Notes: generated by a model from the letters alone, not told the origin. A stretch of DNA of 64,000 nt from Eledone cirrhosa (GCA_964016885.1 OZ024742.1:254696001-254760000), one strand, 5' to 3'. Counted from the stretch's first letter, positions 38,625 through 51,942 are shown. A program made the numbers and translations.

Positions 38625-38766
38625 TCATTATTTCTGAAGACAGCATATATATGTGTAGGTATGTATATTCCCTCTGATAGTTTGTATAAATATTGTACAT
38701 AGATCTATAGAATATGCATACCAACTCTAACACATATATATCCTAGAAACGATCGTAAAATGATGA
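38625..38766 (+). ncRNA. Type I hammerhead motif of Penelope 3' region (family H)
   Basis: tcattattt-CTGAAGA-[105-nt helix II, atatatatgtg/cacatatatat]-GAAA-cgatcg-TA-aaatgatga. Confidence 0.7.
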
Positions 38767-38957
38767 ATTTTTTTTTAATATAAGGAACTGTTTCTTTGTT
38801 TATTCATTATTTCTTTAATAATTTATCTTGACTCTGTTTTCCGTTTATTTTTCACCGAAAGTAGTTTTTGAATGCATCTTCTCTTTTCATGATATCCGGA
38901 TCACATTGAGTTCTTCATACGGATTGGACACTACCGTAAACTTTTGGTAGATTTATC

Positions 38958-39011
<54 letters not shown>

Positions 39012-39387
39012 CATATATGTATACATACATACACATACACAAATGCATATATTTATATATATATATACACACAAACATACACATGCATACACATATAAGC
39101 ATATACATATAAACGCACATACACAGAAACATACGCATACATACGTACGGCAACTCATACAAATGTGTGTACAGACATACACTCATAAATATACACATAT
39201 ACACAGACACATATATACAATATAAAGATGAATTACTCTCTACATGCGGAAAGAGCAGATAGGTAAGAAGTACTTACATGACCATAGTGCCGTGTTTCGG
39301 GTCGAGAGGGGGTAGGAGTAGGGTGGGAAGGAGGTGGAGGGGGTATTTTGTGGAGTGTTTTTTTTAAAAAAAAAAGGGAAATCTTTT

Positions 39388-40712
39388 TTAGCCATCTGGC
39401 ATTAACACTGGCTTAAGGTATTTGAAAGTTGAAAAGATTTTGTGCATGCAATTCGGGCAGTGTTCAAAGAGTTTGTTCAGTAGTGGGCCCTTGGCTAATA
39501 ATATTTCGTAGCTCTCTGAGATACAAAGGTCGCAACACGTGTGTTCTCCCTCGTATGAGCGCGCTTTCTGGAGTATTTTCCATTTAAGCGTGAAGGGGAT
39601 GGAGTTCCTTTTGAGGTTCCAAACATAGGAGGCGAGTGTTGTCTGATTTGATGCGTCCGGTCTTCTGAAAGAGTGGTTATGGGCATACCACCGGGTCATA
39701 AATTATTGGAAGTCAGGCCGATGTAAGTCTTTTTGTTGTTGCTATCATCGGTGCCTGAGATAACATCACATTTGTATACGATGTAATTTGTCAGGCACTT
39801 GTTTTCAAGTGAGCAGGCTTCCTTATTTAGGCAGTTGCACAAGGGCTCAGTCCGGGGATTGGATTCGGAGGTGGTTGGCTTATTTAATTTTTTAGAATTG
39901 AGATTGGCTATATTCCTAGCTAGGTTAGGTGTAGTGGAGTAGGAGAGTCTTATTGTGTTCTTATTGAAGATGGTGTAGTACCTATGTTGTGTGGGGAAGT
40001 GTGTGTTCAGCAAAGTCCTAGCTATAGGTATAGAGACCTCTCTATTGAACGAGGGGGGGGGGCGGTTGTACCAACTAATCTGCCTATGCCTATTCCTCCT
40101 ATGTAGTCTTGCGGTGGTTTCTAGGTGGGTTATCTTTTCTTTAAATCCACTGTGGGCGAGGGCGTCATTGTAGTAGGAGGCGGAGGCATTAAATATATCT
40201 TCATTGGCCGAGAGACCGGAGATTCTAATTGAGACGCTCTTTACTAAGTTATCAGTGATGTTTTGGGGGTGGTTAGAATTAACATTAATATATCTAAGGG
40301 ACTCGTTAGGTTTGTGGTACGGGTAATAGAGGGAAGTACCTAGGACGAGAGTGACATCTAAAAAGTTGGCCCTAGTCATATTAGATTCTATAGTTATACT
40401 AAATCCTAGATTACGGAAGAACGAGCTTAATTTTCTCCGGAACCCATCAGTGGTTCTGGGATTAACTTTGTGCAAGGCGAAGAGGCTGTCGGTTCGGTAT
40501 AAACCTCCGGTGAGGCCAGTAAAGAGGTTCTTCAGGTGATGTAAAATGTACAGGCCCACGAGGTCGCTTATTTCAGCCGAATCACTCGCTCCCATGGTGA
40601 CGTCAAAGAGGGTCTGAGACTTCTTGTTGATACAGTAAGATCTCTCGGGGTGTAGGAAGGTCTTACGGGCATGGAGAATTACATCTTGCTCAGCGTTGGT
40701 TATGGTGGTCAC
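39388..40712 (-). pseudogene. Second Penelope-like element, RT plus GIY-YIG, frameshifted
   Basis: FDVTMGASDSAEISDLVGLYIL, GLYRTD (decayed YRDD), ANFLDVTL, NSNHP, CNC..C..C, IVYKC..YIGLT, CDLCISE. Confidence 0.9.
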
Positions 40713-40754
40713 GAATGAAACAGTTCTAGTCCTGTAGAAGCTCTTCTATATTAA

Positions 40755-40760
<6 letters not shown>
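40713..40760 (+). ncRNA. Inverted 3' half of family-D HHR abutting the Penelope 5' truncation
   Basis: gaat-GAAA-cagttctagtcctg-TA-gaagc matches 9046-9090. Confidence 0.6.
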
Positions 40761-40791
<31 letters not shown>

Positions 40792-40794
<3 letters not shown>

Positions 40795-41140
40795 CCAAAG
40801 ATTAGTATGGTTCGTCGATTACTCAATGAATACAATTTACAATGGATTAGAAGCACTCATCAGTTAAAAGTTTTCCGGGAGTTTTTAATATTATTCAAAA
40901 TATTAACGAATGAAAAGTATTCTCATAATCAAAATATATACTTTATTATATATATTTCAAAGGTACTGTGTTGTTTTTTCAGTACGTCCTCATGAGACAA
41001 AATATATGATATATTTCATATATTTTGTCTGATGAGGACGGACTGAAAAAACAACATAGTACCTTTGAAATATATATAATAAAGTATATATTTTGATTAT
41101 GAGAATATTTTTCATTTGTTAATATTTTGAATAATATATA
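40792..41140. mobile_element. Fold-back repeat (palindrome 40889-41136); related copy at ~53165-53365
   Basis: ~120-bp arms centred on 41012; CTGATGA...GAAA present but stems unclear. Confidence 0.75.
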
Positions 41141-41377
41141 TATATATATGGCTTTGTCTAGTTTATGTGTATATACCCTTTAAATTTTATATACTCCCGT
41201 AAGGTTGAGTAAAACTTTAGGCAGTATTCGGCTGCGCTTTCTAGCAACCAGCATACTCGCCGACAGGCACCAATCACAAACTTTCTTCCTTGTCCACTAG
41301 CCACGTGACGATTCTTAGTCATTTTGAACTCGTTTCTGGCGGGGATCATGTAAGAAAAATCTTTGTCAAATTGAGTT

Positions 41378-41462
41378 TATCTCCTGATGATTTCCAACCT
41401 CGTTGATTTATCCAAGATCGGATATATCCAAAAAGTAAATGAAACAGCTGGGGGTAGAGATA
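41378..41462 (+). ncRNA. Type I hammerhead motif (family I)
   Basis: tatctc-CTGATGA-tttcc...gtaaat-GAAA-cagctggggg-TA-gagata; 6-bp stem I. Confidence 0.55.
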
Positions 41463-41775
41463 TTTTGATGATTTTGGTATGTTTATGTACATTTTTTCTT
41501 CTAACTTTGATTTTGTACCTAATTATGTATGTTTAACTATATGTCTTGTCAATTTCTACAGGCTATCAGAAATACTAGGTAAATTTTCTCTAGCTGTGAG
41601 TCACGGATAAAAAGCTATATCATTTATCTATTGTTTCTTCATAAGTATATTTTAAACTTATAGCCTCGTTTAAATGATTTTTTGTGTGGTTGATTTATGC
41701 TGATTGGGAGAAGAAATAATGTATATATTTTATCTAATGATTCTATGGACTTACTTTATATATATATATATATTA

Positions 41776-41965
41776 GGTGTAAACATGATTGTGTGGTTAA
41801 AGAGTTTGCATTGCAACCCCGTGGTTCTGGATTTAGTCTTGCTGTGAAACACTTTGAGCATGGGTCTTCCACTTTTGTTTCAGGTTGACCAATGCCATGT
41901 GAGTGAAATTTGTTTGACAGAAACTGCAAAAGACAAAAGTTTGTGTTCGTGTGTGTGAGCGTGTG
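41776..41965 (+). mobile_element. Old tRNA-headed SINE (similar copy at ~43158-43300)
   Basis: gtgtggttaa A-box-like head; gttgaccaatgcc..gtga..gaaactg; ends in GT repeats. Confidence 0.55.
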
Positions 41966-43299
41966 CACATGCTCATGTTCATGCATACCAGAGTTGGAAA
42001 AAATAAAAAACACTGGGATCAAATATGACAAACTAAAATCCTTGATGTTCTGTCACATGATTTGACATGAGAGCATATGGAATGTGTAGTAGAATATGCA
42101 AGATTAGTATGCTTTCTGCTGTGGTCAGAGCTAGAAGTTTCAAAACCAGGTGTGTCAGCTTGACCAACTATAGGTTACATTTTGGGGGGGGGGGGGCATT
42201 GTAGGGCTAGCCTAGGACACTAAATACGCAGGCATCAATCCTGACACTGGGCACAGTAGATATGTTCTTGCACTTATTAATCAGTGTTCAGCTATTTTGT
42301 GGATGAGTCTAAGAACACAAAGGTTAGTTGAGTACCTTCTGAGAGAAAAAAACAAAGTGTGGGAGTAAAGTTTATATTACTTTCTGACCAAGTGGTATTT
42401 CTGCAGCTGAGAGGATGTACCAATTGTCTTGGATCAGTCTAAACACTGAATCTTTCTCCTTATTTGGTTAGCTTAAGATGCTAAATACCGAGCCACGGGC
42501 CCTGAAATGAGCACTATCACCATTTCGATTTCCACTTCCAGTTTGCTACCTATGTATCATTAAATTATGTTGTTATAATACTTTGGCAATTCTTTGAATT
42601 TCAACATTATTACTGAATTCTCATTAACAATTATCAATGTGAATGTGTATTGCCTAGTGGTTAGGGTGTTAGACATATGATCATAAGGGTTGTCGGTTCA
42701 GTTTCTGGACTGGGTGGTCTGTTGTGTTCTTGAGCATGTTGCTTCATTTCACTTTGCTTTTCATAATAGGAGTGCATTTCCAAACATTAAAACACACAAG
42801 AAACCTCCTATGAAATGTAAGCTCGTAGGAGATCATCTAAATTTGCATTGATGAGAGCTGTAAATTTCATTAATTTCGTTTTAACAAGAATCATATAGTG
42901 TAGAAACTTACCATATTTTCCCATGTATTGTATTAGAAAGTTTGAACTAAAATTAAGAACAAAAATGTGGGGTCGCTTATACACAAGGCTGGAATGTATT
43001 CCTGTATATTAGTTTAAAAAACAAGAGTCGTATAATGCTCAAGTCATTTATACACAAAGAAATATAATAGTCACTTTTTCAGCATTCTATCTCTCTGCTT
43101 CCACATTTGTTTCCTTTTTCCTCAATAAAGAAAATTTAGAAAACAGAGTATTCTGAAAACATGGCTATGTGGTTAAGTAGTTTGCTTTGCAAACACATGG
43201 GTTTTTATTAAGTTTGGACTGGACAACTTTTTTTCTACTACATTAGGTTGACCAATGCCCTGTGACTGGAATTGGAAGAAAGAAACTGTATGGAAAATC

Positions 43300-43530
<231 letters not shown>

Positions 43531-45444
43531 CTGAGTTCTGAGTGTGCATTTGTGTGTGTGTTTGGATTATAGGTAGATTAATTGAGAAAATAGTCTTTGT
43601 ATGAAGCAAGAAGCACAGAAGAAGTAAGTATTAAGAGAACATGTGAAATAAATTCTCTCGGTTGCTATTGAAAATCCCTAGAAGTTGTTGACAGCGTTTG
43701 TTACATATGAATGGATGCTCTAAAAGTTTGATAGCCAGGTTAATAAGAGGCTAGAAGGAGTTTAAAGAGTTGCTGACAACAAAGGGCTGCTTTTCTCAAA
43801 ATAAAAATTAGAATGTAAGATGCCTGTGTATAAACTGCAATGCTACTTGGCAGTGAAACATGGGTCTTGACTGCAGAAGACTATCACAACAGCCGCTTCC
43901 TTTAAAATTCTGGTAGGCCAGTCACAACACCTTTGTAGCTGCTACCATCACAGTACTCCACATACTATTGAAAATCATCCCTCCCTCCTACTCATCATTT
44001 AGTTGAATCCAGCCACACTTGCCATATATCCATGACATCATCATGCCATTAGGATAGAGAGAGCTCTTTAGTTTAATCAATAACCACTATCTCTGGTGTT
44101 GGTACTCTGAAAGATGTATCCAGAACACCTTGTAAAGGGGTTGGCAATAGAAAGTGCATCTAACAGTAGAAACCATGACTAAAAAGGGCCTGGAGAACAC
44201 TTAAGTTGTGTCAATGGCACAACAAATTCTCCAATATTAGTGATCTAAATCATAAATACATCCAATGCTCTCTGTAAAGTGGAAAAGTCACTCAGACATA
44301 GAAAACTTGCTGCAAAAAAAGGGTTGGGAGGATTCTTCAGTTGTGTCAAGGTCTTGGCAACCTCCTAAGTGTTGGAGTCATGATAAAATGTACCCAGCAA
44401 AGTACAGGAATATCTGTAAGCAAGATGCTGGCCCCAATTCCATCTGAGGACTAGGAAAAGGGCAGAAACATATATAAGCAAGATGTAGTCTCTTGGCTCA
44501 TTTGAGCACTCAGTGGAGTGTGAGTAAGCAAGTGAAATGCATGCAGGCCTCCTGACCCATCTGAGTGTTCAGTACTTCAACTTGAGTACTGTGTGACTCT
44601 ATGTCTTTGCTTATGTTTAATGTTATTTATATCTCATAATGCAGCAGTCTGACATAAAAGTGATTAATAAAAAATATGTACCAGATTGAAAAATTCTATA
44701 CTGGGATTGATATGATCAACTAAATCCAAGCAGTATCCCAGAATCGGTGCAATTTAATACTCGAAACAAGTAAAATAAAACGAAAATAATTGTAGCTTTT
44801 TATATTTTTTATTTTGATGTTTTAAATCTCAACGTCCAATAAGGATTTAGCAGAAAATATCTAAAAACGGGATTGTTAATTCAAATGTTTATAGTATCTT
44901 TAGCAGTTAAGGGCAAAAAATTACTGGAAAATAAAGTAGACTTTAGTTTGTAATACAATACAGTAATTTTGCTGTTTTGTTCTATTCAAGAATATCTAAC
45001 TAATAGAGTTTCATATAGTTTGTTAATTCAGATATTTATATCTTTACAAGTAGAGAGATCATTGCAAAAATCTGCATTAAACTAAAATAAAGACTTTAAT
45101 TTTTAATGTGATGCAGTCATAATACTATTTTGTACTTTGCAAGAATGTTTTGCTAATGTAGTTTCATGTGGTGCAGTACATTAAGAGTTAATACAATTGT
45201 ATTCATAATATGAAGAATTCTGTATTATTTCAGCTTCAGTACAAATAGAAGGGATAAAAAAACCCACTCAGTGCAAAGAAATGCAAAATAAGAGAATCAA
45301 ACATCAACTGAAGCACGAACACTTCAAATTTTAAACTGCCAGAATAAGTCTTGAGTTTTTTACATACTGTATCAAGTGTCACAATTATCACGCAAATACA
45401 TTTCAAAAGTATTTTTTTTCTATTTTGTAAACCAAAATAATGAA

Positions 45445-45760
45445 AACGCAGTAAAGTTCTAGATGAGCTGAGATGAAAAGTGTGTATAAGAGGAATCAGA
45501 TGTAGTCTATAAGACTGTGCTGATATGGACATGTGATATGTATAGCTAATTAGAAGAAATACCAAGAAATACCAAGAAATTTGAGTGGAAGGAATATGCA
45601 GTAGAGAAAGGCGAAGGAAGACCTGGGTGGAGGTAATGCAAGCTGATCTCAAATCACTCAACCTCTCAGAGGAGATGACAAAAAAATGCGATGAGTGGAG
45701 GGATGCTTTGCTGAAAAAGACCTATCCAATACATACAAGCCAGAAAGAAAGATGGAAAAC
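45445..45760 (+). mobile_element. RTE LINE 3' fragment, decayed
   Basis: EGICSRERRRKTWVEVMQADL...DEWRD. Confidence 0.7.
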
Positions 45761-45975
45761 TACAGACAAAAATGTGAACTTTTCTCTATATATATGTTTG
45801 TAAAATATTTTTTCCCATATTCACATTAATATGCAATTGAATTGCATTTTACACTTCCGTCATATGAACAAACCTAGAAGCTGAAATAGGTATGAATAAT
45901 ACGGAAATTTCTATTTTGTAAATAAATGTTTTGCTGTTATTCTAAGAGAAAATCCCTTTAGCATTTTCTACTGTT

Positions 45976-46010
<35 letters not shown>

Positions 46011-46134
46011 TATATATATATTATATATATATATATACATATATATTATGATGTGTATAGTGATAAAAAAAATGGGAGGCTATGGCCATAGTAAGTAGAG
46101 CACTTAGTCCAAAGGACGAGTTCAGTATAAATGT

Positions 46135-46298
46135 ATAAAGTTAGTTCCACAACAAATTAGAAAACCACACTCGAGGACATGCATTTCACAGAACAGATTT
46201 TCAACCCATGTATGACTGCCATATATGGGCTGAAAATCCATTTGGTGAAACACATGTCCTTGAGTATGGTTTGCTAATTTGTTGTGGAACTAATTTAT
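46135..46298. repeat. Fold-back palindrome with variant HHR-like motifs (family J)
   Basis: ~80-bp arms centred on 46217; ggg-CTGAAAA-tcca tt tggt-GAAA-cacatg-TC-ctt at 46227-46261. Confidence 0.7.
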
Positions 46299-46671
46299 CA
46301 TCATCATCATCATTTCATTTTACGTCCGCTTTTTCCCTGCTTGCAAGGGTGGGACGGGAACTGATTCTGGCTTGATTTCTACAGCTGGATGCCCTTCCTA
46401 ACACCAACCTCATTTACAGTGAGTGCTGGGTGCTTTTTTGCCATGGCACCTCGACGACCACTTTGCAGTGGAATGATATGGACCCCAGCCCCTATTTCAT
46501 TTCATTTTTTTTTTTACGTCCACTTTCCCTTGCTTGCATTTCTACAGCTGAGTAAACTGGAGCAATGTGAAATAAAGTGTCTTGCTCAAGGAAACAACAC
46601 ATCGCCTGGTCTGAGAATTGAACTCACAACCTTTCGATTGCAAGGCTCTAACCACTAAGCCATGTGCCTCC
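46297..46671 (-). mobile_element. Young tRNA/RTE-tail SINE (with internal partial tail duplication)
   Basis: Reverse complement of the 19690 family. Confidence 0.9.
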
Positions 46672-46747
46672 ATATATATATATAAAGTTATTAAACTTTA
46701 TATATATATATATATATATAAACTTTATATATATATATAAAGTTATT

Positions 46748-46866
46748 AAACTTTAATCTGTTATTTTAATAAATATTTGCTCTAGGGTTCTTATATATTT
46801 GATATATATTTATCCTTATCGAGCCCTCTTTGGATTTTAGTCTTCACATTTATTATTATTACTATA
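46748..46866 (+). mobile_element. Family E 3' fragment
   Basis: aaactttaatctgttattttaataaatatttgctct...gagccctctttggattttagtcttcac. Confidence 0.75.
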
Positions 46867-48369
46867 TATACGGGGTCGATAAAATAATGTACCAGTAATG
46901 CACTGGTTAATTGCTGGCCTTGTGCCAAGAGTGGAAACAATTATTTTTACTATATATATATATATAAATATATGTAGATACATTTAATGTATGTATGTGT
47001 ATGTATACATATATATATAATCACCATCATCATCATCATCATCATCATCATCACCGTTTAACATCTAGTTTCTAAGCTTGCATGGGATAGACGGCTGTCA
47101 TATGCTGAGTCCAGGCTGCTCAGGTGACTAGGCCCTGCTCATACGCTTTGTTCATATATATATATATTTATAAAGAATGATGTGCTCATGCATGGAGATG
47201 CTATAAAATAGCTTATCAAAAATGTTGAAAACCCTTTAAAGACAGAAAAAGCAGTTAACATTGGCTGCTATGAGGAATCAAACCACATATCTCCCAGATA
47301 CCTACTAGAACACAACAACTCTTACCATCTTAAAATTGTTTTCACTTTATTTGATAGCATCTGCACACATGAGTACATCAATCTTTATATTAACTTAATC
47401 TTCTCAATGCTTTGTAAAAGTTCAAGAGATTGGCTATGAATACACAACATTTATTTACTGCATGTTTATTGATATCTGAAAGCTGTGATTCAGCTATCTA
47501 ATTTAACACTTTAGCATTCACAGTACTCTATATATACTATTATATTTTCATGGTAAAGGCTTTACCTCGCATAATTATCTCACATAATATTGAATCTATG
47601 ATATTTTGAAAGTATTTATTTTGAGAACAATACCTTAACATCAGTATGAGTGGCCAGTTACAGCCAATTTCAACAAAAAGAGGTAGAGAATTCTGTGCCG
47701 GTTTTGGCTGGTTTGAACATTAAAGGGTTAAGACAGCAAGAGTTGTCATGATCCCTTGGCTTAATGCTCTAAAATGCTTAGCTGGTATCTGGGCGATAAG
47801 GGGTTTGATTCCTCATAGCAACCAATGGCAAGTTCTTTTTTTTCTTTTAAAGAGTCTTCACCCTATTTTATTATAGTTATATGTAGTGTCAAATGTAAAC
47901 ACATATACACACAATACAGACACTTTAACAATTACAATTGTAATTACATTAAAAAATATGAAATAACAGACACAGCAGTTACTACTGTTGATTACAAGAT
48001 ACACCAAATTTATTGTTAGCTGCCTTGAACTTGACGAGACCTCATGTGTGTAATAACGTCAGACATTTTGGTATTGTCTGAAAGATAAACAACACAAGCA
48101 GATATTGCATCAATATGAGCTTTGCTAAAGTAGGCTGTGAAATCTTGGGTAGCAGGTAGCATGCAACTGGAATGGGAAATTATTTATAATAAGTGGTTAC
48201 TGATTTATGATTTACTTACAAGGCTGTATTTCAGCGAAACTGGTCAAGCACAAAAACTATTCTTTTTGATGTAGAAAAATTGTTTTCGCTGTGTTCTATA
48301 CATTTGTCATGTATATATAATAAATAAGAATATAGTAGATGCTTTTTTAAAGTTTTTATTATCATTTTT

Positions 48370-48435
<66 letters not shown>

Positions 48436-48849
48436 CATACACATGAAGTTAACTGATGAGAAATTGCAAGTGAATAATATTTAAGCTCAATGGGTTTATG
48501 TCATTACTGATAGAAATATAGAGAAGTGTCATTTAAGTAGAAGAAGAAAGGTGGCAGATTTAACACAGATCAGACAGAACAAATTGAGTTGACAGATAAT
48601 AGTTCTTAAAACATTTAATTCTTTACAATTGTTTCAACAAATTTCTTAGTACTGTACATAGTGAGGGTAGGCATAACAGAACAAATAACAACAACAACTG
48701 CAACAATAATAATAATAGTGTTAATGATAAAAATAATAATAATAATACAAACACAAGGAAAAATACATATATATTAAATCTAGCAGGTATAGTGAGATAT
48801 GAATCTCTTGAGAACTAATAAAGGAATGAAATTCAGCAAAAAGTCTGTG

Positions 48850-49092
48850 AAAGTCAGCACAGAAATGATATTCTGATGCTGACTACATCTTTATTTAAAT
48901 TTTATTAGGGTATCAATAGTTATTGTGGCGTCATATAGAACGCCATCAAATATTGCAAAACTCATAACAGAGAATAGCAGTAAAAAACATACAAAGGGGA
49001 ATGGTGGGTAACTTTCATTACAAATTTAGTAGAAATTAAATATTATTACTATCATGTGTATTTGTTGATTCAAGGAATTGATAAAAACACTT
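48850..49092. mobile_element. Unclassified repeat; inverted copy at ~52430-52678
   Basis: ttgttgattcaaggaa, tacatcttta and aaagtcag..cagaaatga are shared as reverse complements. Confidence 0.55.
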
Positions 49093-49103
49093 ATATATAC
49101 CCA

Positions 49104-49162
<59 letters not shown>

Positions 49163-49174
49163 CACATATATAAA

Positions 49175-49870
49175 CATGTTTTGTCTGTTGTTTCTTACTC
49201 AGTTGGACAGCATTTGGCTTGTGTCAGATGATGTGACCTCGGGTGGACAAGCCCTACCGTTGGTAGGAGTCGAAACTGCCAAAATCCACCTCAGCGGCTG
49301 ATGTCCCTGGAGTTCTGTTTTACATTTGTATTTTTATTTTTTAAAAATCATTTTTTTAAATTTTCCCTTTAAAAAATATTTTTCATCCATTGTCTTGTTA
49401 ATTTTCTTCAGTTTATCAATACTAATGTGACGAACGTGTTATCTTTTCTCCCACCATTTATTGCAATGGTTTACACACTTTTTAACACAATATCTTACTT
49501 TCTACTTCATGCTTTTTTTTTTCCCTTTCCTTTTTCTATTTCATTCATGAAGAGGCACCACACTTTTTCCTTGGCGACCCATAACATTTTGTGTACTTCC
49601 TGTAGCTTAAATTCTATAAATTAATGTTTTGTCACTCGTCTCTTACTCCACTGACAGTGTTTGGCTTGTGTCAGATGCTGTAACCCCAGGTGGACTAGCA
49701 GTACCATTGGTAGGGGTTGAAACTGCTAATGCCCACCCCAATGGCTGATGACCCTGAAATTCTGTGTCTTTTGTTTGTATTTTTATTTATAAAAAAAAAT
49801 TCCTAAGATTTCCTCTTAAAAAATTGTTTTTCATTCATTGTCTTCTCTCTTTGTTAATCTTGTTAAGTTT
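49175..49870. repeat. Diverged tandem repeat, 448-bp unit, ~1.5 copies, between (TA)n tracts
   Basis: atgttttgtc, tcttactc and tttggcttgtgtcagatg recur at about 448-bp spacing. Confidence 0.75.
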
Positions 49871-49895
49871 ATATATATATATATATATATATTAT

Positions 49896-50224
49896 GGAGG
49901 CACATGGCTTAGTGGTTAGAGCATTGGCCTTGCAATCGAAAGGTTGTGAGTTCAATTCTCAGACCGGGTGATGTGTTGTTTCCTTGAGCAAGACACTTTA
50001 TTTCACATTGCTCCAGTTTACTCAGCTGTAGAAATGAGATGATAGGGACTGGGGTCCCTATCATTCCACTGCAAAGTGGTCGTGTAGGTGCCACGGCAAA
50101 AAAGCACCCAGCACTCACTGTAAATGAGGTTGGTGTTAGGAAGGGCATCCAGCTGTAGAAATCAAGCCAGACTCAGTTCCCGTCCCACCCTTGCAAGCAG
50201 GGAAAAAGCGGACGTAAAATGAAA

Positions 50225-50228
<4 letters not shown>
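49896..50228 (+). mobile_element. Young tRNA/RTE-tail SINE
   Basis: Near-identical to 19690-20039. Confidence 0.92.
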
Positions 50229-50261
<33 letters not shown>

Positions 50262-50502
50262 CATGTGTGTGTGTATGTATGTATGTATATATATATATAT
50301 ATAGGTATACTTGTATTTGTGCATGTATATGCATGTATATGTTTATGTAGGAGTGTGTATGCATGTGTGTATATGTATGATGTATCCTTATTAGTAAGAA
50401 TATGTTTACATACATGTGTTTATATTTATGATTTCTTTCCATACCTTATAATCTATTTGTAGGAGTATGTGTATGTATGTATGTGTGTGTATATATATAT
50501 AT

Positions 50503-51881
50503 ATCATCATCATCATCACCGTTTTACGTCCGTTCTTCCACGCTAGCATGGAAGATTGTGGGCAGTAGCCGGTCGGCTGATTTTGTCTTGCTCATATGGG
50601 TACTGATTCTGGCTTGATTTCTACAGCCGGATGCCCTTCCTTTACACCAACCTCATTTACAGTGAGTGCTGGGTGCTTTTTTCCATGGCGCCTACACATC
50701 CACTTTACAGTGTGGGCTGGGTGCTTTTTTGCCGTGGCACCCCCACGACCACTTTGAAGAGGGAGGGGTTGGGGGCATATTGTCTATGTGCTTCAGCTTT
50801 GGCTTGTTACCGTGGGGGGCCGGGTCTTCTGTATTACTGCGTGACGCCAGAGGTCACGGTCATCTGTCATCGCCTTTGAGATGTGTAATTGGGTAAGGTC
50901 AGCTTTTATCACCTCATCCCAGGTCTTCTTTGGTCTTCCGACTCCGCGGCTTCCATCGATTTCTAGTGCTCTGCACCTTTTTATGCAGCTGTCATCCTTC
51001 ATACACATCACATGTCCATACCAACGCAACCGCTTCTCCTGCACACAGCATTTGATTGCTCTTATACTCAGTCTCTCTCTCAATTCGTTTATGCTTTGCC
51101 GTTCGCGTATATTACTATTACACATCCATCGGAGCATGCAGGCTTTGTTTCTTTCTAATATACGCAAGTCTTCTACAGACAGCGCCCAGGTCTCACTACC
51201 ATGTAACATTGATGTTCGTATACATGCATCATACAGTCTGCCTTTCATTTTGAGAGAAAAGCCTTTTGCAGCTAGCAGTGGCAGTAGCGCCCTGAACTTC
51301 ATCCATCCCGTTCTTACCACAGTTATTTTACTTTCCGAACACCCACCTCCGCTGCTAATTCGGTCACCTAGGTAGCAGAAGCTCTCTACTGTTTCTACAG
51401 AGCCCTCCCAGAGTTTGGTGGTGCTTTTTTCCTGTGGCTGTATGCTGTTTTCTGTCCCAGCACAGCTGCTACCTGTAAAGCCTACATTCTTAGTTAAGCT
51501 TCCTGAAATCCCACTACATCTCTTGTGTACCCATTGTTTGCATATGTGGCAAAGGATGGAGTTCCTACTGAGCAAGGCGATTTCCCTGAGGGGATCTGGG
51601 TTCTGTTTTCTTGTCTACTTACAAGGACCTTAGTCTTTGTTAGGTTGACTTTGAGACCCTTTCTTTCTAGACCCTGCTTGCATGTTTGGAATTTCTTCTC
51701 TAGTTCTACTATAGATTCAGCTATAAGTGCGAGGTCATCTGCATACAGGAGTTCCCATGAGCATCCGGTCTTAAACTCTTCCGTTATTGCCTGCAAAACT
51801 ATGATGAACAGGAGAGGGCTAAGAACAGAGCCCTGGTGGACACCGACCTGTATGCTAAATTCCTTGCTATAGTCATTGCTA
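50503..51881 (-). mobile_element. 5'-truncated RTE LINE (related subfamily), frameshifted
   Basis: GVHQGSVLSPLLF, YADD, HGSETW, RLRWYGH; 3' UTR; (GAT)n. Confidence 0.92.
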
Positions 51882-51900
51882 TATTTATATATATTGCTAC

Positions 51901-51942
<42 letters not shown>

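Larger units (their letters stand above)
31560..38826. mobile_element. Penelope-like element with large inverted duplication (arms 31560-34003 and 34609-38826; RTE inserted in the right arm)
   Basis: Arm sequences are reverse complements; GIY-YIG ORF on both strands; HHR near both outer ends. Confidence 0.92.

Noticed and set aside
49743-49770. CTGATGA-ccct-GAAA-ttctgtg-TC
   Set aside because: No helix II or stem I, and not conserved in the sister copies
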